64,000 bases of DNA, taken from Salinispira sp. GTDB taxonomy: Bacteria; Spirochaetota; Spirochaetia; DSM-27196; Salinispiraceae. The translations under genes and the position numbers were made by a program. The notes under the pieces are model-generated. The model was not told the origin of the DNA. It was given only the letters and a program-made list of their open reading frames with translations, and ran no database searches. Each line of letters begins with the position of its first letter. Position 1 is the first letter of the stretch. Positions 40,328 through 50,549 of the stretch are shown one piece after another. The stretch lies in assembly GCA_965226555.1 (NCBI GenBank), contig CBDDDG010000002.1:1-64000 (forward strand), read 5' to 3'.

Positions 40328-41482
40328 ATGAAAAAATCATCCCACAGCACAGGCCACATCCACGACATAGCCTTCAAGATCGCCTACAAAAACCCCCGGA
40401 TGATTCCCGACCTACTGCGGCTGTTCTGTGAGGATACAACGCTTACCAAGCTGGACATGGACAAAATCCGCATTGAAACCCCCAGCTACATTGCAGGAAA
40501 AAAGAACCTTCACTGCGATCTCGTTGTCAGCGCCCCCTTCCTGTCAGACCCCGACCGGAAAGCCCTTTTTATTACTGAAAATTTTGCTCCGCAAAATTTT
40601 CCAATGAGGATTCTCTTATCTATACTCTTGATTCTCTCACGGTATAGAAAGTTTTGCCTTGGAAAATTGTGCAAGCACAATTTCCAGTAGCAAAACTTTC
40701 GTATTGAACACAAAAGCTACCAGCACAAACATGCGCTCACTCAGATTGATAATTATCAGCATGCCCTCAGAAACAGCAATGTGTATAATGAAAATGATGC
40801 TATCTATATACTTCTGTTCTACCACGGAAAAAAGGAATGGAACCTCCCACGCTCATTTTACAGTTCACATGGAAATCCAACCTCCGAATCCCTTACCGAA
40901 GGCACGGTGGATGTCAAGGTGAAAGTGTCGTACATTGTGCGCGATCTGAGGCGAATGGACAAGAAGCAGTTGGCATTGCGCTCCGATGAAAAACGATATA
41001 CATCGACTGCATTGTGGTATATTATGAGAGATAATGAGATGGACACTGAGGGGCTGAAAGAGATTGCGCAGCTCCTGAACGGTCTGTCATCACAAGACTT
41101 TACTGATCTGGCAGAAAGTGTGTTAGGCTATCTAAAAGATTTGGGACTGTATGAACAGTTTGAGAAAATTAACAGGGAACTGTACCCTGAAGGAGAAAAC
41201 AGTATGCGGACATATAACATGACCAACGCCTTCGTCAGGGAAGGCATTGCGAAGGGCCGGATTGAGGGTCTTGAACAGGGAATGGAGAAAGGTATTCTGA
41301 AAGGCCTTGAGCAAGGACAAGCTGAGAACCAGCGTGAGATTGCATTCAAAATGCTCAGGAAGGGTATGTCGATGGATATTATTCATGAGTTAACCGAGCT
41401 CAGCGAAGATGAAATTCGAGCATTTCAGAAAAACGGCCAGAAAAATGGCAGGGGAAACGGTAGGAAAAACGATAAAGAGTAG
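40328..41482 (+). pseudogene. Rpn/YhgA-like nuclease, locus 2, with one 129-bp insertion
   Basis: AGGAGG RBS; HDIAFK..CD..KALFI|IEHKS..LFYHGKKEW..EG-rich tail; in-frame TAG inside the insert. Confidence 0.9.
40574..40702. mobile_element. 129-bp type I palindromic element variant
   Basis: Same spacer as the 103-bp units, with an extra hairpin nested in the right arm. Confidence 0.88.
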
Positions 41483-41504
41483 CAACGCAGCCACGTCGGC
41501 GTTG

Positions 41505-41700
41505 CGCCTCCTGGGCTGGTCGGAGGCTTGCGCCTCCTGCTCGCCATGCGTCCGGGCTGGTCGGAGGCTTGCGCCTCCTGCTCGCCATGCGTCCGGGCTG
41601 GTCGGAGGCTTGCGCCTCCTGCTCGCCATGCGTCCGGGCTGGTCGCGCTCCGCGCTGCTCGCCCGGGCATCCGGTTCGCCATGCATCCGGGGCTGGTCGG
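41505..41700. repeat. Three tandem 41-bp GC-rich hairpin units plus a flanking module
   Basis: CGGAGGCTTGCGCCTCCTGCTCGCCATGCGTCCGGGCTGGT at 41521, 41562 and 41603. Confidence 0.92.
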
Positions 41701-41725
41701 GGTAGATTAAAAAGTAATATTCCAT

Positions 41726-42457
41726 TCAATGACCCAGAGCTGAATCGGCATTAATGACGGCGCCGTTTATTGCGGCCGACTTATCGGAAATGAGGAATTC
41801 AACAATATCGGCTATTGTTTCGGGATCCTGCAGCAGGCCTCGGTTCTGCAGAATGTTCAGCGTTGTTTCGCTGTAATACTCGGTTTTCACGTATCCCGGG
41901 CATATGAGGTTTACCGTTACGCCCTGTTTCCCGAATTCGATGCCTGCCGAGCGCACCAAGCTGTTCAGGGCATATTTTGCGGCGCTGTAGGCTGCAATGC
42001 GCCGATACGAACCGTGCCGATCGGTACCGGTGCCGCCAAAAATTACTATTCTCCCCCAATTCCGTTCGGCCATGCGGGGAGCCAGCGCGGTTACAAGAAT
42101 AGAGGGTAAAAGTACATTCATATCGAACAGGTATTCATACTGCGTATGACTCATATCAGCAAGACTCGCCTCCAAAAAGGGTCCGAAACCAATAACGGCA
42201 ATATCAATCTGATCTTCATACACACGGATCATATTGATAAGCTCATAAATATCGGAACGGTTCATAAGCTCCTTTGTTATTTTTATGGTGCCGCTGCCAA
42301 GATGCTTTACCAATGCGTTGAGCTTCGTTTCGCTTTTTCCGTGAACAAACAGCCGGTACCCTCGGGAAGATATCCGCATACTTACCTCACGTCCAATTCC
42401 GCCGCTCGCGCCGATAATAAGGCATCCTTTCCTATCCATGTAATTCCCCAATACCAA
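41726..42457 (-). CDS. SDR-family oxidoreductase
   Basis: GASGGIG, YSAAK, VNLICPG. Confidence 0.92.
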   Translation of the reverse strand: MVLGNYMDRKGCLIIGASGGIGREVSMRISSRGYRLFVHGKSETKLNALVKHLGSGTIKITKELMNRSDIYELINMIRVYEDQIDIAVIGFGPFLEASLADMSHTQYEYLFDMNVLLPSILVTALAPRMAERNWGRIVIFGGTGTDRHGSYRRIAAYSAAKYALNSLVRSAGIEFGKQGVTVNLICPGYVKTEYYSETTLNILQNRGLLQDPETIADIVEFLISDKSAAINGAVINADSALGH

Positions 42458-42500
42458 TGGCTTTCTTCTTGACCATTCACTGTACGGATTTTATCATGAG

Positions 42501-42974
42501 ATGAGCGGAGGCACAGCACATATGCGCGGTATTACACTCATTTTTCTGAATGCTCTCGGCATGAGCGGTTTGCTGAATTTCATAGCCGGAATTCTTATAG
42601 TTGGTTTTATTCTTCTTGCAGACAGCGTTTTGCTCCTTATTCTCTCCACCTACACCGGCGGCATTATTGCCCTCAGCATTAATGCCGGCAGTTCTCTGCT
42701 GGGAGCGCTATTCGCGGGCAGCAGCTTCAGAAAATATAGTATTTCAGCCATTGGAAAAATTCATGTTGGTATATATCCGGAAAAGGAGTTTATTCACCTT
42801 GGTTCCCTGTTCATAAGCCTTACCGCAGCAACACTTCCGGGGTTGTTTAGTTTATTAATTAGTATTGTACTGTACATTCCCTTCATTCGAAAAACCGCCG
42901 GATGGCTACTCCACCGGAAATTCAGTAAAGAATTTGGAGAAGTATATAATTACTGCCGAATGGCAGAAGAATGA
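42501..42974 (+). CDS. FxsA-like membrane protein
   Basis: Hydrophobic; LPGLFS..IPFIR pattern. Confidence 0.6.
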   Translation: MSGGTAHMRGITLIFLNALGMSGLLNFIAGILIVGFILLADSVLLLILSTYTGGIIALSINAGSSLLGALFAGSSFRKYSISAIGKIHVGIYPEKEFIHLGSLFISLTAATLPGLFSLLISIVLYIPFIRKTAGWLLHRKFSKEFGEVYNYCRMAEE

Positions 42975-44425
42975 CCGACAATATCTCTATTCTCAATAAT
43001 GGATTCAACCTGATTTTCCCGGATCAGGTTCACAGCTTCCTGAAGAAGTACGTCATATTCCAGATCAAAAACCGATATCGTACTGAGCCGTGTTTCGATC
43101 CTCATGGTGATGAGCCGTTTTAATGCGCGATCATTAACGGTAAATTCTTCCGCGCGAAGATCTGTTATAAAGGAATTTATCTGACCTGCAGTCGGATCAT
43201 TATTGACCCCGTCAAGAAATTCATCAATTTTTCCTTCTCCCTGAATGGCAAAAATAGATTTTTCTTCATCTTCACTGAGTTCATATTCTTTAACAACGAT
43301 ATCCGGTGAAATACCAACATCATCAATGAAAATTCTGTCGGGAGTATAGTATTTTGCCATGGTGAGCCTGAACCCCCCGTCTCCTATTCTTCTGATCTGC
43401 TGAACCGATCCCTTTCCGAAGCTGGTTTCACCAACAAGAGCGGCCTTATCTCTGTCTTTAAGAGCTCCCGCAAGAATTTCGGCAGCGCTGGCTGTTCCCG
43501 CATTGATCAGCACCACAAGCTGCGCATCATCTTCCACACTCGTGCCCTGTTTGGCATGGAAGGTCTGATTTTCATCTTCAATTCTGCCGGCGGTACCAAC
43601 AACCAGTCCATCATCAAAGAAAAGATCGGCAGTATCTATGGCCGCAGTGAGTAGTCCGCCCGGATTTGTTCGGAGATCAATGATCATGTTCCGATATCCC
43701 TGAGATCGCAAATCCTGAATTGCCGCGTCAACCTTTTCTGCCGTAAGCGGAGTAAATTGTATAATTCGCAGATACGCAATGTCATCCTGCACACCGCCGT
43801 AGCGGACTGTGGGAATTTCAATAATGGCCCGTTCTACATTGATCTCGAAAGTATTTTTCAGATTACGCAGAATAGTAATGTGCACCACCGTCCCGGGGAC
43901 TCCCCGCAGCCTGTTTACGACCTCATCAATGCTCAAATCTACCGTCGGCTCATCTTCTATCGCGATAATAAAATCGCGGGGACGGAGCCCCGCCCTGAAG
44001 GCCGGAGTTCCCTCAATAGGTGAAACAACCTCAACCCATTCCTGAATTTCCGGCCGATCATCTGTCGGTATCGCCTTATTAATATACAATCCAACACCGC
44101 CGAACTCACCGCTTGTTGTATCGGTCAGAGAGCGTAAATCTATCTCATCAAGATAGGCAGAATAGGGGTCTTCAAGACTCTTAAACATTCCTTTCAAAGC
44201 GCCTTCAATGAGTACTTCAGGCTCTATTTCATCAACGTAGTTATCCTGAATAAATTCAAAAACCTGACGAAATGAATCCAGAAGCTCATTACTTTCAACA
44301 TCAGCCGAACCCTTCGCATAAATAAGCGGCGAAAAAAAGAACAAAGCACTTAATACCAGAACTGCAATAATTGAACAGAGCACATAAAATTTATTATTCC
44401 AAGACGATTCCATACATACCACCAA
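42950..44425 (-). CDS. S41 carboxy-terminal processing protease
   Basis: DPYSAY, PDZ domain, DLRTNPGG, TASAAEI, GKGSVQ. Confidence 0.93.
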   Translation of the reverse strand: MVVCMESSWNNKFYVLCSIIAVLVLSALFFFSPLIYAKGSADVESNELLDSFRQVFEFIQDNYVDEIEPEVLIEGALKGMFKSLEDPYSAYLDEIDLRSLTDTTSGEFGGVGLYINKAIPTDDRPEIQEWVEVVSPIEGTPAFRAGLRPRDFIIAIEDEPTVDLSIDEVVNRLRGVPGTVVHITILRNLKNTFEINVERAIIEIPTVRYGGVQDDIAYLRIIQFTPLTAEKVDAAIQDLRSQGYRNMIIDLRTNPGGLLTAAIDTADLFFDDGLVVGTAGRIEDENQTFHAKQGTSVEDDAQLVVLINAGTASAAEILAGALKDRDKAALVGETSFGKGSVQQIRRIGDGGFRLTMAKYYTPDRIFIDDVGISPDIVVKEYELSEDEEKSIFAIQGEGKIDEFLDGVNNDPTAGQINSFITDLRAEEFTVNDRALKRLITMRIETRLSTISVFDLEYDVLLQEAVNLIRENQVESIIENRDIVGHSSAIRQ

Positions 44426-44539
44426 TATGTTAATATACTAAAATATAGGAGAAAGTTTTGCAACAATTAAAACTTTCGAATGGAAGAATAGCACACATTG
44501 TGCCATACTACCAATAAACACACTCCAGAGGATGACACT

Positions 44540-45469
44540 ATGCCCCTTTATGTACATTACCCCACATGGATACAGCCGCAGATAATACCGGGTATTCCGG
44601 TGTACTGGTACGGATTCATGTACATTGCCGCGTTCATTACTACCTATCTTCTCTTTACGTATCAGGTAAAGCAGGGAGATTTGCAGGCTGATAAGGACGA
44701 TGTACTCATTATGTTTCTCTGGATTGTTATTCCCGCCCTTCTCATGGCGCGAATATTTGCAACAACCATTTATGATCCGACAGGGAAATTCCTCCGTATG
44801 CCATGGCTTATTTTCTGGCCCTTCGACAATGAAATGAATTTTACCGGATTCCAAGGAATGAGTTTCTTTGGGGGGCTTACCGGAGGAATTATCGGTGCCC
44901 TTCTCTGGCAACGGAAGTATAAGAAAGATGTGCTCACATGGAGCGATGCCTTTGTTCAGGGTTTGCCGCTCGGCTATACCTTCGGACGGCTGGGAAATTT
45001 CATTAACGCGGAATTATATGGAAGAATTACCAGTTCTCCCATCGGCATGCTCTTTCCAAACGCTCATCAGGTTCCAGTCGATGATCCCACTGCTCAGCAG
45101 ATCATTCAGGAACTGAACATTCCACTGGCCATAGGACAGTTTACGGTCAATTTGCCGCGTCATCCAAGCCAGCTTTATGAAGCATTCGCAGAGGGAATTC
45201 TTCTCTGGATAATTCTCTGGTTTATTGTACGGCCGAGAAAGCCCTTTAAGGGTTTCAGCACTGCCTGTTATATTATTGGGTATAGTGTTGCGCGCTTTGT
45301 GGTAGAATTTTTCAGAGAGCTTGATGAAGGTTTCGGGTTTTACACAGCCTTTAATTTGAGTCTTGGGCAGATATTTTGTCTTCTGGGCATTCTTGCCGGT
45401 ATTGTTCTCATGATTATCGCCGGCAACATTCACAAAAAGCGGCCGAAGGTAAAAACCTTCAGTAGCTGA
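44540..45469 (+). CDS. lgt: Prolipoprotein diacylglyceryl transferase
   Basis: WYGFMY, GRLGNFINAELYGR, RHPSQLYE. Confidence 0.96.
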   Translation: MPLYVHYPTWIQPQIIPGIPVYWYGFMYIAAFITTYLLFTYQVKQGDLQADKDDVLIMFLWIVIPALLMARIFATTIYDPTGKFLRMPWLIFWPFDNEMNFTGFQGMSFFGGLTGGIIGALLWQRKYKKDVLTWSDAFVQGLPLGYTFGRLGNFINAELYGRITSSPIGMLFPNAHQVPVDDPTAQQIIQELNIPLAIGQFTVNLPRHPSQLYEAFAEGILLWIILWFIVRPRKPFKGFSTACYIIGYSVARFVVEFFRELDEGFGFYTAFNLSLGQIFCLLGILAGIVLMIIAGNIHKKRPKVKTFSS

Positions 45470-47763
45470 TATATCCCCATGAAAAGAAACAGAGAAAGTG
45501 CGAGAAAAACAATATAATAATCGCCAAAGCGTGTGTACAGGGTAGTACCCGCATTCCGATTCACGGGAATGTCTGCCGCAACAGCAGCCGGAACATATGC
45601 GGGGAGTTCAACAATAACCCGGCCCATGGGGTCTACGACTGCCGTCATACCGCTGGCCGTACTCCTGAGTACATAGCGGCGGTTCTCCACCGACCTGAAC
45701 AAGGCCGCCGCAAAATGCTGCTTTGCTGCGACTTCAGTAAGGCTCCAGTAATCGTTACTCATGTTCAAAATGACTTCTGTACCGGCGAGAACAAACCTGC
45801 GCACTTCATCGGGAAAACTGTCTTCAAAACATATGGGAGTTGAAAAGCTCAATTTAGGGTGCTCAAAAACGACCCTCTCAATACCCGGCTCCCAGAAATG
45901 AACATCAAATTCTTTGAGCAGATTATATACACTAGGCAGTATCTCCCGATAGGGAAAATACTCAGTAAACGGCACAAGCTTTATTTTGTGGTACGTTTCG
46001 GTTCGCTCTCCCTCCGGGGAAAAGAGAATGGCCGCGTTGTAGCTCCGTCTTTCTTCACGGCCATCTTCATTGATATGTATGCGGTAATCATCGTTGCCGG
46101 TGAGAAGCCAGTTATTCATATTCTTTTGATAGTCGAGCATTCGCTGAACCACCCCTACCAATCGATGATTCGGATCCTGACCTTCTGCCCCCCAGCGGGC
46201 AATGTTCGGCACAAATGCCGTTTCACTCCATGCCACAAGATCAACATCGGGCACGGTCGATATAATTCCATCGCTCAGGGCAATGAGATTATCCAGAGTT
46301 TGTTCATAATCGTGCTTGTGGGGATCAGAATTCTGCTGTACAAGGGCAACGCGGACAGTATTTTCAGGAACAGCAGCGCTGGGCATGGCGCTGGGCGCGG
46401 CGCTGGGAGCGACATTGGGCGCGGCGCTGGGCGCGGCGCTGGGCGGATAGTGGGTAATAATGCCGGCATCGGGTTTCAGCTCAATGACGGCCTGCTGCTC
46501 TGCTTCGCGGGGGTTATTCAGCAGGAATATCAATCCCATAATATGTATGAGAGCCGTTATTCCGAAAATGAAAACTGCGGGAATTTTCCAGACCCTTCTG
46601 AAAGGAGATGGAAAACAGAAAAATGCGCTCACTATTCCATTAACCAGATATAAGAGATGGCTCATACCCCACATGCCGGTAATAGAACCTATTTGTATAA
46701 ATGCAAGATTGCGCCACTGACTATGCGCCATCAGCGTCCATGGGTAGGCGGCAAAGCCCTGAGTTTTTACCCAGTCGAAGATGGTCCATACCGCGCCGTA
46801 CACGAGTACAAAAAACACTATGTGGAGTGCCGGTTTGTCGGGATATTTCAGCTCGAAACGTCGGAGCCCCCATTCAAAAAACCAGAGAATAAGAAAAAAC
46901 AGCAGTCCGTACACTGCCATAAAAATTATCAGTACCTGAAGACTCACAAGACTGAAGGTTCCCAGCCAATAATTCCGGATAAGCAGTGAAAGAAACATCC
47001 AGAGCAGACCGTAAAAAAGGAATCGCTTAAAGCTGCTCTTTCTCAGAACAAAAAACAATGGCACCAGACTGATCCACGCAAGCGCCCCGAAACCATTCGC
47101 GCTCAGTACCGAGGGAAAGCTGAAGGCATGCATAAGAGCTGAACCAACAACAAGACCCATATGCCTGAGTATCCGCCCGCAGGCCCTTCGCTTCCGGCCC
47201 CTGTCTACAACAGTGAGCAGGGAAAGCGCCGCGGGAAATACCAGCAGGTACAGACCATACTGCAGTAAAACCTCAATCCGCTCCGTTCGTGTATCTATAG
47301 CAAGGTTGAGGTTTCCACTGCTGGCGATAAAGCGCTGAACATAGTCCATATTTGCCGCCAGTGCAAAAATATAGAAAAACAGGAAAACAATGAGCGAAAA
47401 TGCAAATAGCAGCTCACATATGAAAAAGGGCTGCCCCTGCGCATCATCGGAAAACTGCTCTGCTTCTCTGCTTGTTTTTCTGCTTTTTTCTCTGGTTATT
47501 CTTCTGATTTTTTTGCTGATTTTTCTTTTCCAACGTTTGCGAATGTTCTCTGCCATGCGCGCAGCGTTTGTAACGGCATACGTATTTCCGTTTATCTGCT
47601 TTCTGGATGTGAACAGAAAAAACATACCGGCTGCACTATGCAGCGCAGCAAGGAGAAAAACCATAATGTCGCCTGAGGCAAGGTTCACCGGCATTCCCTG
47701 CACAAGAAGGAAGAGTGAAAGAGAAAAAAGAGCTGTGCCTATGTAAAGAAATGACAGTATCAT
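45430..47763 (-). CDS. lnt: Apolipoprotein N-acyltransferase with an N-terminal membrane extension
   Basis: WSETAF, KIKLVPFTEY, PICFED, SND.W, RSVENRR. Confidence 0.92.
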   Translation of the reverse strand: MILSFLYIGTALFSLSLFLLVQGMPVNLASGDIMVFLLAALHSAAGMFFLFTSRKQINGNTYAVTNAARMAENIRKRWKRKISKKIRRITREKSRKTSREAEQFSDDAQGQPFFICELLFAFSLIVFLFFYIFALAANMDYVQRFIASSGNLNLAIDTRTERIEVLLQYGLYLLVFPAALSLLTVVDRGRKRRACGRILRHMGLVVGSALMHAFSFPSVLSANGFGALAWISLVPLFFVLRKSSFKRFLFYGLLWMFLSLLIRNYWLGTFSLVSLQVLIIFMAVYGLLFFLILWFFEWGLRRFELKYPDKPALHIVFFVLVYGAVWTIFDWVKTQGFAAYPWTLMAHSQWRNLAFIQIGSITGMWGMSHLLYLVNGIVSAFFCFPSPFRRVWKIPAVFIFGITALIHIMGLIFLLNNPREAEQQAVIELKPDAGIITHYPPSAAPSAAPNVAPSAAPSAMPSAAVPENTVRVALVQQNSDPHKHDYEQTLDNLIALSDGIISTVPDVDLVAWSETAFVPNIARWGAEGQDPNHRLVGVVQRMLDYQKNMNNWLLTGNDDYRIHINEDGREERRSYNAAILFSPEGERTETYHKIKLVPFTEYFPYREILPSVYNLLKEFDVHFWEPGIERVVFEHPKLSFSTPICFEDSFPDEVRRFVLAGTEVILNMSNDYWSLTEVAAKQHFAAALFRSVENRRYVLRSTASGMTAVVDPMGRVIVELPAYVPAAVAADIPVNRNAGTTLYTRFGDYYIVFLALSLFLFMGIYQLLKVFTFGRFL

Positions 47764-47766
47764 GTA

Positions 47767-49623
47767 CTAGAGAATTTTACGCAACTCTTCAAGTCCCTCA
47801 TCGTTCATAACACTGTCAATGATCTTTCGTCCCAGCGGATCAAGTTCAGGCCTGAGGTACTGCTCCAGTTCCTTTTTAAAGAAGGCTGTGAGAATTTTTG
47901 CGCCTGCATCGTATCCTGCCTTTCCAACTTCTATCTGATCCTGCACCTGAAGAAGTGTATGGGGCAAAAATTGACCGTTTACTCTCAATGAGGGAAGAGT
48001 ATAGCCGAGAAGAGGACAGCGGCTTTCAATTACCTGCTGCTTTCGAAAATTCAATGAACCGCGGCGGGCAACGTATTCCCGGACAATCCATTCGGGTTTA
48101 AAACCAACATAATACGCGCCGATGTATTGGTTGGGTATGAGAATATGCTTAGTATTAGGGGTATTCTTTATAATTTCAAGCAGTATGTTTGCATGATTTA
48201 CCCGCTTTCCTGTTGCAAATGGCCAGTATGAACCAACACCCTCACTCATCAGCCCCTTACTTCCAACAATACTTGGATTCGCATGACCACGGGGTGCGAC
48301 AAGCCGCCAAAGCCAGCTGAGGGCAGACGGAAGAATGTGTATCATTCCGATAATGCCGTAGTTCGGCTGATCTTCGGTAGTTGGCGGTGTTCTCACACCG
48401 AAGCTTCGGACATCCACCCGAACCTTGCCGTTGACCGTGTTTGGAACATACTCCCGGGGCATGATAACACGGGGATTCGGACAGGGCTTACCGGGTCCAT
48501 CCATCGTATGTTCCCAGATCAGAGCGGTTGCTCCGGGATTCCCATCAATGTTAAGAAAAATGAGAGGATGCGGGGGACTTATGCAGAGTTTTTCCAGCTG
48601 CGGTTCCTTACCGTATTCATTCAAATGGTCGACCCGAAGAAACCAGGCATTTTCCGCATCTGAAATGACAAGCTTACCGTTCTTCGGCGGGTGGGCTATG
48701 GCCATATCATCTGCGATGGGATGCAGCTCGCAGGTATCGCTGAGTTCAATATAAAAGTCATCTCTGGTAATGATATTACGGGCAACAAGAATTCTCACAT
48801 CGGTCTCTCTGTGGAGTTCCTGAATCATCTCACTTTTTCCGCCTCCGCTTGCTCCTTCATGAAGAATAACAAATTCATTATCATAGGGAGTAATTAAACG
48901 GACTGCCGAGCTGTGAAGAGTTGTCCATCCCTCTGCCTCGCCGACGGTGAGCAATACCCCATACACACCCTTTTTTGCGCTCGGCCCGGGATACAGGTTA
49001 TAGCAAAACAGTTCATGGCAGGTATCCAAACGATTATGTACGACAACCTGTTTTCCATCAAAATGAGTATGTCTGAACGGCGGAGCAACAAATAATATGG
49101 CGCGGGGAGTAAAATTTTCAGTGACCTCCGATGCCGGAATAAAGCCCTGAAGATCGGCAAGAGCGGTTACAAAAAACCCCGCGTTGGATGGCGCAATAAG
49201 TAATGAGGGATAACTTGAATCTGCCGTACCGCTGTTAAAGGGCAAAAGAATAAGTTCGTCGAAATTCCTGAGCCAGTCCAGCGTTTCCTGCCGGGTCTCG
49301 GTAAATTCCTTGTGAAAACGTTCTCTGAAGCGGACCTTATCTGTCGGCTTATCGTCGGCAATGACCATTGCGTCAGGATCACGCCTGCGCATATATTTCT
49401 CGGTATAATTGACAGAAGCTCCGTTCTTGCAGCGGGTTACCGTTGCTTCTGGAACCCTCCCCATATTGGGGATATCGTATGCAACTTCAAAGACATCTGA
49501 ACGCCCCTGAAAGGTTAATTCAAGAAGCTGCTGCCGTGTTTCAGGAACAATAACGTTATTTTCAGTAAGAATTCTCCGAATGTCATCTGAGAGGTTTAAT
49601 TTCGATATACAATTATGATTCAT
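47767..49623 (-). CDS. DUF4914-like (PEPCK-like P-loop) protein
   Basis: MRRRDPD, YPGPSAKKG, HEGASGGGKSEM. Confidence 0.8.
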   Translation of the reverse strand: MNHNCISKLNLSDDIRRILTENNVIVPETRQQLLELTFQGRSDVFEVAYDIPNMGRVPEATVTRCKNGASVNYTEKYMRRRDPDAMVIADDKPTDKVRFRERFHKEFTETRQETLDWLRNFDELILLPFNSGTADSSYPSLLIAPSNAGFFVTALADLQGFIPASEVTENFTPRAILFVAPPFRHTHFDGKQVVVHNRLDTCHELFCYNLYPGPSAKKGVYGVLLTVGEAEGWTTLHSSAVRLITPYDNEFVILHEGASGGGKSEMIQELHRETDVRILVARNIITRDDFYIELSDTCELHPIADDMAIAHPPKNGKLVISDAENAWFLRVDHLNEYGKEPQLEKLCISPPHPLIFLNIDGNPGATALIWEHTMDGPGKPCPNPRVIMPREYVPNTVNGKVRVDVRSFGVRTPPTTEDQPNYGIIGMIHILPSALSWLWRLVAPRGHANPSIVGSKGLMSEGVGSYWPFATGKRVNHANILLEIIKNTPNTKHILIPNQYIGAYYVGFKPEWIVREYVARRGSLNFRKQQVIESRCPLLGYTLPSLRVNGQFLPHTLLQVQDQIEVGKAGYDAGAKILTAFFKKELEQYLRPELDPLGRKIIDSVMNDEGLEELRKIL

Positions 49624-49714
49624 AGTGATTCCTCCCGTATTATATCAGACTAAAGGTTCTTTGTGTACCATGGGGTGGCTTAGTCGGCGCTGCGCGCAGG
49701 CCGAGCGGCGATAA

Positions 49715-49981
49715 TTAATGCGATCCGTTCCGCACTGTCCGCATTTCCTCATCGCTCAGCCCGGTAATCCTCTGAACAGCCTCAGTTGACAAGCCTTCCG
49801 AAAACATACTGCGGGCCGTTTCTCGAATGCCTCTCGCCATTCCCAGCTCAAGACCTTCAACCTTGCCTCTCTCCATTCCTTCCGCAAGACCTTCAACCTT
49901 GCCTCTCTCCATTCCTTCCGCAAGACCTTCAACCCGTCCTTGGTTGACAAACCAATCACTCATCTGAACTTTTTTCATCAT
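49715..49981 (-). CDS. Putative RpnS-like C-terminal small protein (88 aa)
   Basis: AGGAG upstream of ATG 49981; intact frame with (VEGLAEGMERGK) repeats and a C-terminal ITGLS.EE motif. Confidence 0.6.
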   Translation of the reverse strand: MMKKVQMSDWFVNQGRVEGLAEGMERGKVEGLAEGMERGKVEGLELGMARGIRETARSMFSEGLSTEAVQRITGLSDEEMRTVRNGSH

Positions 49982-49994
49982 AACCCTTTCTCCT

Positions 49995-50124
49995 CCAGAA
50001 ACTTTTGCATTGGAAAATTGTGCAGAGCACAATTTCCAGTAGCAAAAGTTTCACATTTGGATAACTCTATGTGCTTAGCATTCTCGCATTTTGTAGAAAG
50101 TTTTGCCTGTGGCAAAACTTTGTT
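49995..50124. mobile_element. 130-bp type II palindromic element
   Basis: Removing it restores N-P-E-G-E-R in frame; no TSD. Confidence 0.88.
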
Positions 50125-50549
50125 TCGGGATTAATTTCCCTGTTGATTTTTTCAAAGCGTGTATCCAGTTTCAAGTCTTCATCGCCTGTCTTACTGACTT
50201 TCCGCATAATATAGCACAGGGCTCCCCCTGTCAACACAACCCCATCTGACCCACGGGTAAACTCCTCCTCACTCATCCTATTCACATCGACCATAACAGG
50301 CCTATTGAGAACCTTTGGCCTCGCAAGGTATTTTTTCATCATTGTGTACAATTTTTCCGGTATGTGTGTATGCACATCCCCTGAACTGTAGAAACTGAGA
50401 TCTCCTTCCCATAGTGCTTCGCCATGATACCATAGAACCAGAACAAGAAGGTCGGTCTGCGCCTGAAATGTCCTGCTGTTTATGAGGGCTTTCTGGTATT
50501 TATCGAACTGTTCGCTGACCTTCGGATCAAACATGCTTTTGTGCTCAAT

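Noticed and set aside
39950..40690. 246-aa ORF as a real protein
   Set aside because: Read-through fusion of stub, promoter region, Rpn N-terminus and inserted element
41505..41700. CRISPR array
   Set aside because: The 41-bp units are contiguous with no unique spacers; no cas genes
41390..41754. Several overlapping ORFs
   Set aside because: Artefacts of the GC-rich tandem repeat
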